Position numbers and translations under genes: made by a program. Source: Pseudomonadales bacterium (GTDB lineage Bacteria > Pseudomonadota > Gammaproteobacteria > Pseudomonadales > Azotimanducaceae). Taken from it: a stretch of DNA of 26,036 nt. The DNA lies in assembly GCA_021295935.1 (NCBI GenBank), contig JAGWBL010000003.1, forward strand, positions 1-26,036, in the 5' to 3' direction. Positions 9,781 through 17,178 of this stretch are shown here, piece after piece. The notes below the pieces were generated by a model. It was not told the DNA's origin and searched no databases. It saw only the letters and a program-made list of their open reading frames with translations. Numbering within the stretch: position 1 is the first letter of the stretch; the number at the start of each line of letters is the position of its first letter.

Positions 9781-10752
9781 TTCAGGTTTCAGCAAAAGCA
9801 CCATGAACAGGTTCTCGTTGTCGGTCCATCGGTGCGTGCACGTGAGCCCGGATGTTGCCGCCAGTTTCTCGAACTCGTCGAAAGAGTACTTGAACGAGTC
9901 TTCGGTGTGGATCAGTTCTCCCTTCGCGATGGATATCGTTTCGTTGCCAACCAGCACCACCTGGCGCTCGAGACTTCGGAGGTGCATCGCCAGGTGTCCG
10001 TCGGCCTCCGAGTACTTCGCGCGGTGAGCAAACTTGTCCACGGCGAAGTTGGCGCCGGTTCGGTCGTTCAGATGCTTGAGCACGTTCAGGGAGAAATCGC
10101 TCGTCACTCCGTCGGCATCGTAGTATGCCGCCTCAATGAGGTCGGGACTCTTGCGCTTGTCTACCCCGACCAGCAACCGTCCGTCGTGCCCAATCAGATG
10201 CTTCGTGCGCAAGAGAAACTCGCGCGCTTCATCGTGGGTGAAGTTTCCGATGCTTGAACCGGGGAAGTACGCGACCCGTGGGTATCCCAGCAGGTTGTCC
10301 GGCAGCGAACTTGGCTGGGTGTAGTCCCCGTGCACGGCGAATACGTCAAGGTCCCTGTATCGTTCGGCAAGCCTTGTTCCGGATCCTCTCAACTGGGATG
10401 CAGAGATGTCGATTGGAACGTAAGCCATCGGGTCGCAACTCTCGATCAGGAGCTCGACCTTTCGACTTGAACCGCTGCCGAACTCGATAAACCAGCACCG
10501 GCGCGGCAGCGCGGCGGCAATCTCCTGCTTGTTCCCCTTCAGGATCTTGAATTCAGTTCGAGTGAGGTAGTACTCGGGAAGTCGGCAGATCTGCTCGAAG
10601 AGTTCTGAACCCCGGCGATCGTAGAAGTACTTGGGGGGAATCCGCTTCGGCGTGGTTGACAGGCCCGCCAGAACATCCGCTCGAACATCCTGAGCCTGTG
10701 GATGCAGATCCACGAAGCGAAACCGGGAAGCTGTCTCCTTCTCTTCAGGCAA
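9772..10752 (-). CDS. egtD: L-histidine N-alpha-methyltransferase (ergothioneine biosynthesis)
   Basis: KRIPPKYFYDRRGSELFEQICRLPEYYLTRTE, IEFGSGSSRK, FPGSSIGNF, IHTEDSFKY. Start placed at the TTG (10752) overlapping the egtB stop; the longer ORF-track call overlaps egtB. Confidence 0.93.
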   Translation of the reverse strand: MPEEKETASRFRFVDLHPQAQDVRADVLAGLSTTPKRIPPKYFYDRRGSELFEQICRLPEYYLTRTEFKILKGNKQEIAAALPRRCWFIEFGSGSSRKVELLIESCDPMAYVPIDISASQLRGSGTRLAERYRDLDVFAVHGDYTQPSSLPDNLLGYPRVAYFPGSSIGNFTHDEAREFLLRTKHLIGHDGRLLVGVDKRKSPDLIEAAYYDADGVTSDFSLNVLKHLNDRTGANFAVDKFAHRAKYSEADGHLAMHLRSLERQVVLVGNETISIAKGELIHTEDSFKYSFDEFEKLAATSGLTCTHRWTDNENLFMVLLLKPESA

Positions 10753-12028
10753 GATCTCGCGCCAGCCGGATTCCCGTGAATTGCCATCGATCCTTGGGAT
10801 AGAAGAAATTTCGGTACGTGAGGCGTTCGTGCCCAGCAGGCGTTGCACAGGAACTTCCTCGAAGCACCATCTGATTTGCCATGAACTTGCCGTTGTATTC
10901 GCCGAGCGCGTCCGAGGTCGGACGGAATCCGGGATAGGGCCCGTAGGCCGACGCGGTCCATTGCCAGCAATCGCCGAAGAACTGTCCACATCCGGTCTCC
11001 GAACGTCCACGCGGATGCAACGATTCATCCTCGTAACCGGGGGCACGGTCCGTCACTCCCAAGCAGCGTGCGGCGTGCTCCCACTCGAACTCGGTGGGAA
11101 GTCGGGCGCCGAGCCACCTGGCGTAAGCGTCAGCTTCGTAGAAGCTGACATGCGTCACCGGATTGTCCGGATCGAGGTCCATCGGGCCGTAGAGCGTGTA
11201 CTCCCTCCACTTCTTGCGATCCAAGAACCAGTACTCGGGCCTCGACCAGCGGTGACTGGTGCGCTCCGTCCAGCCGTCCGACAGCCAGTTTACGGGATCG
11301 TCGTACCCTCCCGCCAGCACGAATTCGAGGTACTCGCCGTTCGACACCAGTCGGTTGGCGATCGAGAATGGGCGGAGTGTGACGATGTGTTCCGGACCTT
11401 CGTTGTCGAAATGAAACCGTTTGAGACCTGCAAGTGCGCCGATACGAACCTGACCACCCGCCACCTCGGTGTACTCCAGGTCAGGAGCAGATCCGGCTGA
11501 GGGAGGGTCTTGGCCGAGCAGGGCGGGAAGCAGCGGGTTGCGTCCGAGACACGTCTTGATGTCCGTAAGGATCAACTCCTGGTGTTGCTGCTCATGGTGT
11601 GTGCCCAGCACAACGCGCCTGTGGACCTCAGGATCGCTTCTGGCTGCGAGCAATCTGAGAGTCGCTTGCTCCACCTGCGCGCGATAGCGCAGCACCTCCT
11701 CCAAGGTGGGGCGGGAAAGCATGCCCCTCTCTGCCCGAGGATGGCGTTCACCAGCTTGGTGGTAGTAGGAGTTGAAGAGATAGCCGAAGAACGGGTGGAA
11801 CGGCTTGAAATCTTCAAGGAACGGTTCCAGCACAAAGGTCTCAAAAAACCAGGTGGTGTGTGCCAGATGCCACTTCACGGGGCTTGCTTCCGGGATGGAC
11901 TGAACGACGAAGTCCTCGACCTCGAGCGATCCGCATATGGAAACCGACCTTTGGCGAACTTGAAGAAAGGCATCGCGAATCGGATGTAAGACGCTCAATT
12001 TCTCGGGCACTTGGTCTCGACTCTCCAT
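10745..12028 (-). CDS. egtB: Ergothioneine sulfoxide synthase EgtB
   Basis: DinB-like N-domain with KWHLAHTTWFFE, FNSYY and HHEQQHQE iron ligands; FGE-sulfatase C-domain ending YRNFF...RWQFTGIRLA; adjacent to egtD. Confidence 0.93.
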   Translation of the reverse strand: MESRDQVPEKLSVLHPIRDAFLQVRQRSVSICGSLEVEDFVVQSIPEASPVKWHLAHTTWFFETFVLEPFLEDFKPFHPFFGYLFNSYYHQAGERHPRAERGMLSRPTLEEVLRYRAQVEQATLRLLAARSDPEVHRRVVLGTHHEQQHQELILTDIKTCLGRNPLLPALLGQDPPSAGSAPDLEYTEVAGGQVRIGALAGLKRFHFDNEGPEHIVTLRPFSIANRLVSNGEYLEFVLAGGYDDPVNWLSDGWTERTSHRWSRPEYWFLDRKKWREYTLYGPMDLDPDNPVTHVSFYEADAYARWLGARLPTEFEWEHAARCLGVTDRAPGYEDESLHPRGRSETGCGQFFGDCWQWTASAYGPYPGFRPTSDALGEYNGKFMANQMVLRGSSCATPAGHERLTYRNFFYPKDRWQFTGIRLARDLA

Positions 12029-12056
12029 GTTCGAATGAGAGCAGCCAGCAGGAGGG

Positions 12057-12695
12057 TCAGGTTTCCTCTGACGCAGTGAATGCCTCGAATGCCCGCAGGA
12101 TCTTCGCCCGATTGAATGTGGGCTTTATGTACCCAGCGCATCGCGCTTCAGGATCCACGACAACGAAGACCTGGTCGTGGTCAACCATGTAGTTGCCATC
12201 GGGAGCGGCGACTTCCGGAATGTGGAAACTGATGCCCATCATCCTCGCAAAGCCTTCGATCTTGGGCAGCTCCCCTGTGATGCCAAGAAACTGCGGCTCG
12301 ATCAATTGCAGGAATTCCTTGACCGCGCGTGGAGTGTCGCGGACAGGGTCCACACTCACAAAAGCTCCCTGAAACCGGGGATGATTCTCCTCGTCGCCGT
12401 TCGATTGTGCTCGGTATGCGCTGGCAAGCTCCTGCATCGACATGGGGCAGATGTGCGGGCAATTCGTGAAGCCGAAGAATGCAAGGGTCCATCGTCCACG
12501 GAATCGCTCCTCGCTGACCGGCAATCCATCCGCATCCACGAGCTGCAGTCCTTGGATGGGTATCGGGGTCGGCAGTTGCAGCACTCCAAGCTGGGACAAC
12601 TCTTCGGTCGTGAGCTCAATCGGTTCGAGGGACCGCCAATACAGAACGGCGACGCCGACCAGCATCAGCGCGAGGAAAGCGAGACGAAGCTTCAT
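12057..12695 (-). CDS. SCO1/SenC family copper chaperone
   Basis: FFGFTNCPHICP (CxxxC), FVSVDPVRDT, YMVDH. ATG at 12695 overlaps the SURF1 stop (ATGA) and is followed by a TM anchor. Confidence 0.92.
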   Translation of the reverse strand: MKLRLAFLALMLVGVAVLYWRSLEPIELTTEELSQLGVLQLPTPIPIQGLQLVDADGLPVSEERFRGRWTLAFFGFTNCPHICPMSMQELASAYRAQSNGDEENHPRFQGAFVSVDPVRDTPRAVKEFLQLIEPQFLGITGELPKIEGFARMMGISFHIPEVAAPDGNYMVDHDQVFVVVDPEARCAGYIKPTFNRAKILRAFEAFTASEET

Positions 12696-13396
12696 GCCGA
12701 ATCTACTCGCTGCCGTGTTCGCAGGCGGAGAAAGAAATACCAGTAGCCTCCGACAATCGCCGAACCGATGAGCAGCCATTGCACGGCGTACCCCCAGTGC
12801 TTGGTTGTGGAGAAGTCGAGTTCCAGCGGTGCGGGAGTCAGAACGCCCGGCGAGGAGGAGAGCAGCCGGAGTTCGAACGCACCGGCGTTCGCGAGTTCAG
12901 ACATGCGGGCCACGTTGAGTGATCTCAATCGGTAGGGCCATGCGTCGTTGCGCTCCTGCAGCTGCACGGCTGACGTCGAACTGGGCCACTTGACAGCAAT
13001 TGCTTCCAGATCGTTAGCGGGCGTGTTGAACTTCGGTACTTGGCGGACGTTGCCCGCTACCGAAACCCAACCTCGGTTGACAAGATACGTGTCGTTGCCG
13101 CTATGCAGCAACCCAACGACCCAGTATCCCGGACGACCGTGGTGACGCCTATTCTCTATCAGAAAGAATCGGTCGGGATCCAAGGATCCGACCGCCCTCA
13201 CTCTCGTGTAGTCCGGAGTGGCCTCGCCCCAGGCTCCCGGCGGCAGGGCTGGCGCCTGAAACGCTTGAGCGTGCAACCGCTTGAATTCCATCTTGTCCAC
13301 GCCACGCGTCACCTGCCAAGCGGACAGGCAGATTGTCACCGCCACGGCGACCGTAACTTGGGCAAGAACGACCCAACCCCCAGGAGGCTTCGTCAA
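12692..13396 (-). CDS. SURF1 family cytochrome oxidase assembly protein
   Basis: TM then AWQVTRGVDK, YLVNRGWV, and KHWGYAVQWLL before the C-terminal TM. Confidence 0.88.
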   Translation of the reverse strand: MTKPPGGWVVLAQVTVAVAVTICLSAWQVTRGVDKMEFKRLHAQAFQAPALPPGAWGEATPDYTRVRAVGSLDPDRFFLIENRRHHGRPGYWVVGLLHSGNDTYLVNRGWVSVAGNVRQVPKFNTPANDLEAIAVKWPSSTSAVQLQERNDAWPYRLRSLNVARMSELANAGAFELRLLSSSPGVLTPAPLELDFSTTKHWGYAVQWLLIGSAIVGGYWYFFLRLRTRQRVDSA

Positions 13397-13603
13397 CGCG
13401 CCGCTCTCGACGCTTGGACGGAATCGAGGTTCATGGCAAGTGATTCATGGATGGGCGCCCGCGCCAGCTCGGCCCTCGTCAACCTACGGGCCGAACGCAA
13501 GCTCCATTGGACCGGTTCCTGTTGAATCTAGCACGCATCCGACTGGACAGCACTCTCCGAGAGTCCCTGTGCCCGATCGAGAAGCTTCCGGTCGTGCGGT
13601 TCG

Positions 13604-14294
13604 GTGACGAGCCCATGCCAATTCGCTCGTGGCCAAGTTCTGCTTGCGACTACCTCGATCAGACGTTTCGGAAGGGTTCACCCTTCAGCTGCGATGGTTC
13701 GGACCGCGTGCGACACGGCGGCAAATCTTGTTCCGCGTGCCATCCTGTTGAGGCGACGATCAAGTGACCAAGACCATTGGCATTGCAAGGTGTCTTGATG
13801 GGTGGGCTCGGTCGCTCGTCCGGACAACGGACAACGGACTCGCGGTCGGCGTGGACATGAATTGCGGACAGGTGACGGTGTCCAACGGCGACGTGCTTCT
13901 CATGCCCGGCATGGCGCGTCTGGAACATGGCAAGTGCCGACACCAGCGCATGGTTGCGAAGCAGAAACAGCGTTCCCTTCGCCGCGACCCTGGTCTGTCA
14001 CGGATGTGCCGCGGGACGGCGACCACGCGCCACCGCTGGCATCACGAACCCAGCCGGACCATCGTCGACACTTCGGGGATGATTTCGGTCGAGGATCTGA
14101 GAGCAAAGGTCAGGACTCGTTCCGCCGAGTGTTCGGTGGAGAATTCGGGCAGCAGTGCCTGGCAGAAAGCGGGACTCAATCGGGAAATCCGGTACACAAG
14201 CTGGTCGCAGCTGCGACGGATGCTCGAACGCAAAGCGACGCGTGTCCACGCGGGGTCTGCCGCTGAGACCAGTCAAGCCTTCAGGTCATGCGGA
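13604..14294 (+). pseudogene. tnpB: Degenerate IS200/IS605-family TnpB (RNA-guided nuclease) remnant
   Basis: DNGLAVGVDMNCGQV (RuvC-I), HRWHHEPSRTIVDT..ISVEDL (RuvC-II), KAGLNREIRYTSWSQLRRMLERKA, ETSQAFRSCG (broken Zn ribbon). A 7-nt tandem duplication CGGACAA at 13821-13834 shifts the frame and a TGA lies at 13796-13798. Homology is lost after about 14294; the 5' boundary is uncertain. Confidence 0.85.
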
Positions 14295-14467
14295 ACGAAC
14301 CGTCCCGCCGTCGGCAAGCCCCAATCAAGCATGCAAGTCTCCAAGCATTCTCTGGTGCCAATTGCAGGGATGGTTCACAGGACTACGCAAGCTGAGGAGG
14401 TCGTCTCCCGCCGAAATCCGCGAATCTCGCCAGGAACTCAGTGGCAGGCGTAACGCGCGGCTCGGTG

Positions 14468-15016
14468 CTACCTCAGGCGCTCTCCGGTGGCGGCTACTGA
14501 TAGACGACTGTGTCCATCGTCGCCGCTGATGTCGCCTGGCAGGATGTAGTCGACCTCACGCTCGAACGCCAGCCGAACCGCTGCTTCAGTCAGCGCGGGC
14601 GCAAGACCAGACTTGTTCGCAGATGTCGAAACCAGGGGCCCGCCGAACCGGTGAGCCAAGGATCGGGCTTGTGTTGAGCCGGGCACCCGTACGGCTACGG
14701 AGTCTCTTCCCCCGGTGATCCAGTCCGGAAACCGCGCGGATTCGACTACCCAAGACTGATTGCCTGGCCAGCTCTCAAGCACTAGCGCAAGCGACCGCTC
14801 GGTAAGGGCTCCCAGTTCCGGTGTGAAATCAGAGCTGGAGGCGGCAATGAGAATCAGCCCCTTCTCCAGTCCTCGCTCCTTGATCGCTGCGACTCGCTCT
14901 ACGGTTTGCTTGTTCCACGGGTCGCAGGCAAGTCCCCAGACCCCCTCGCAAGCGTGGGCCACGATCCCACCGTCCCGCAGCACGAGGGCCGCGTGTTCAA
15001 GGGATTCCGATTCCAC
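14468..15016 (-). CDS. tsaC: L-threonylcarbamoyladenylate synthase (TsaC/YrdC)
   Basis: GIVAHACEGVWGLACDP, KERGLEKGLILIA, VAVRVP, PLVSTSANKSG; GTG start overlaps the purE stop by 1 nt. Confidence 0.92.
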   Translation of the reverse strand: MESESLEHAALVLRDGGIVAHACEGVWGLACDPWNKQTVERVAAIKERGLEKGLILIAASSSDFTPELGALTERSLALVLESWPGNQSWVVESARFPDWITGGRDSVAVRVPGSTQARSLAHRFGGPLVSTSANKSGLAPALTEAAVRLAFEREVDYILPGDISGDDGHSRLSVAATGERLR

Positions 15017-15513
15017 TACCCATCGGAGTCCTGGAGCTCCTGATTCTGGGCATGTACCTTGAGGACGTTCGCTCTTCGATCCTGGTTCAGTCTCTCCGCC
15101 AATTCCTGATCGTCCAGCGCCAGAATCTGCGCAGCCAGATATGCAGCGTTCTTCGCTCCTGCGCCACCAATTGCAACTGTGGCGACCGGCACTCCGCCGG
15201 GCATCTGAACGGTGGAGAGCAGGGCGTCGAGACCCGACAACGGTCCGGTTTCGATCGGCACCCCGATGACTGGTTTCGTGGTGTGGGCGGCAACCGCTCC
15301 CGCCAGGTGCGCAGCCAGACCGGCGGCACAGACGAATACTTGACAGCCTCTCGTTTCGGCGTCCCGGACGTACTCGGATGTTTGTGTGGGCGTGCGGTGT
15401 GCGGACGTGACCCGCACTTCACGTTGAATGCCGAGAGAATCGAGCAGTGCGGCAGTTGCCTTCATCACCGGCCAGTCCGAACCCGACCCCATCAGAACTG
15501 CGACGAAGCGCAT
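15016..15513 (-). CDS. purE: N5-carboxyaminoimidazole ribonucleotide mutase
   Basis: [50 protein letters not shown]. Confidence 0.96.
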   Translation of the reverse strand: MRFVAVLMGSGSDWPVMKATAALLDSLGIQREVRVTSAHRTPTQTSEYVRDAETRGCQVFVCAAGLAAHLAGAVAAHTTKPVIGVPIETGPLSGLDALLSTVQMPGGVPVATVAIGGAGAKNAAYLAAQILALDDQELAERLNQDRRANVLKVHAQNQELQDSDG

Positions 15514-15659
15514 GTCAGCTCCAGCTCACCTTGCACCCGAAGCAGTCAAATATATCCACCGCTCATCACGAAACACGGTTTCTCGTGCGTCCAATCTTCT
15601 GGGGTGACGCGAATCCTTGCCTTCCGCCAAACGGATCGAGACAGGTGTAGAGTGGACTC

Positions 15660-16337
15660 ATGAACGGTTTGGACGCCGAGAAATCCGGGCCGTCGGGCCG
15701 GAAGATGAGAACTATCGTCGATGTGCCGATGCGAATCTGGCATTGGGCGTTCGCGGTCTGCATTTGCACGTGCCTGTTCACTGCGCTGCTGAGCAATGAA
15801 GATCGAATGCGATTGCACATGTGGTCGGGCATCGGCGTGTTCGGCCTGCTTGGATTCAGGGTCTTGTGGGGCGTATGGGGGGCGGGTTACGCGCGAGTCC
15901 GGCACTATCTGACCTCGCCAATGGGCTTGTTCAACTTTGTTCGTGGGAAACTTGCAGCCGACCAGCCGCACACGCCTCCAGGGTCAGCCTTGGTGGCAGT
16001 CCTCATGGGGGCCGCCTTCGCCCAGGCAACTTCCGGGCTGTTCGCTTCCGACGGTTTCCTGTACGAGGGTCCGCTCGCCCAGTTTGTTTCCATGGCCGCC
16101 ACCGAGGCGGCAACCGAGATTCACTACAGAGCATATCAAGTGCTGATGGCAGGCATCGGGATTCATCTGTTGGCGCAACTGGTCTATGCCGTGCTGCGGA
16201 GTCCGATTCCGTTGCTGATGTTCACCGGGCGCCGGCGATCGAGCTTGGATTCCGTGCACAACGACTGGACCTGTGCGGTACTCACGGCGATGCTTGCTGC
16301 AGTGCCGGTCGTCGCGTTGGGCTACCTCTTGCGGTAG
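15660..16337 (+). CDS. Di-haem cytochrome b (Ni/Fe-hydrogenase cytochrome b / CybB-like family)
   Basis: Four TM segments with His in RIWHW, RLHMWSG, EIHY and GIHLL; FRVLWG motif. Start may be ATG at 15705. Confidence 0.85.
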   Translation: MNGLDAEKSGPSGRKMRTIVDVPMRIWHWAFAVCICTCLFTALLSNEDRMRLHMWSGIGVFGLLGFRVLWGVWGAGYARVRHYLTSPMGLFNFVRGKLAADQPHTPPGSALVAVLMGAAFAQATSGLFASDGFLYEGPLAQFVSMAATEAATEIHYRAYQVLMAGIGIHLLAQLVYAVLRSPIPLLMFTGRRRSSLDSVHNDWTCAVLTAMLAAVPVVALGYLLR

Positions 16338-16765
16338 GAGCGGTGGCAGCCGCGACAGGACTGACCCAAGCGCCGGAGTGAGGCTGGCAGATCCGCCTTG
16401 TCGGCGGATCTGACGGTGTCGGCGAAATGACTTGCGGCTTCCCGGAACTCGACCAGCTTCTCGCTGAACTCCTCTGGGTCTTCCCAGATCTCCGACAGCG
16501 CATCTCCGCCCTCAGACCCTGGAGGAAAAATGTCCGGAGTGATCTTGGCCAAGCCATGCATTGCTTCGGCGTGGGAGAGCAGATGGTCGGAGTGGTCCAC
16601 CTCTTCTCTGACAATTGCGACGATGCCGTCCATGTGGGCGCCGACCGCCTCCATGACTTTGTGCCGGTACTGAAGCTGCGGAGGCAGATCTCCGTCTTCT
16701 TCGCTCTCCACCCAGACGCCTGTGAAAACCAGAATTGCCGCGCTGATCGCTGCCAACCATGGCAT
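16322..16765 (-). CDS. Class II c-type cytochrome (cytochrome c'/c556 family)
   Basis: Signal peptide MPWLAAISAAILVFTG, YRHKVM, FPPGS, IWEDPEEF, C-terminal CRGCH haem motif. ATG at 16765 preferred over the longer ORF-track start. Confidence 0.9.
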   Translation of the reverse strand: MPWLAAISAAILVFTGVWVESEEDGDLPPQLQYRHKVMEAVGAHMDGIVAIVREEVDHSDHLLSHAEAMHGLAKITPDIFPPGSEGGDALSEIWEDPEEFSEKLVEFREAASHFADTVRSADKADLPASLRRLGQSCRGCHRSYRKR

Positions 16766-17178
16766 TCGGTTTCGAACGGCCCTCTTTCTGTCTGTCGTGC
16801 TCAATCTACCCCCTCCAAAAACTTGCCGAATCAGGCCGGACCGAAGCGTCAATCACGCCTGGCTCTAGCGTCGACTGCAGGCGCATGCGCGAAGCCAAGT
16901 TTGGGCCGTTCTCAGATGCGAAAGCGCCGGAATTGCCGGAAACCACAAGGGCGGTCAAGCGCGCCTCTGTCCATGATGTTCTGCTCGAACCTGGCTTCAC
17001 CGCGTTGACTCTGAGAGACAAGCCAACCCGGCCGCCCATTGGTTGAATCGTAAACTCTTTATGCGTGGAGCCGGCCGGGTTGACTTGACGCGATGCAGCG
17101 CGTCTTCTGCAGCTGAGCAGGAGTTGACGCTCAACAGACAACGGCGCTCAGGCGTAGTGTTGTCGAGGGGGGACGAAC

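Noticed and set aside
10753-11046. ORF-track N-terminal extension of egtD
   Set aside because: Lies inside egtB in another frame.
12696-12779. ORF-track N-terminal extension of SCO
   Set aside because: Lies inside SURF1; the ATGA overlap at 12692-12695 gives a better start.
13447-13767. 106-aa ORF with CSACH (haem c-like motif) whose stop overlaps the next GTG
   Set aside because: No signal peptide, and it overlaps the tnpB relic in another frame; most likely chance.
4245-16895. Shared GGCGCATGCG in two intergenic regions (near 4247 and 16881)
   Set aside because: The core is an 8-bp GC-rich palindrome, and two copies in 26 kb are within chance expectation.
16985-17060. GAACCTG, CTGAGA and ACCC words suggesting a TPP riboswitch upstream of the receptor
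   Set aside because: The motifs are in the wrong order and the conserved 3' half is absent; cobalamin riboswitch motifs are also missing.
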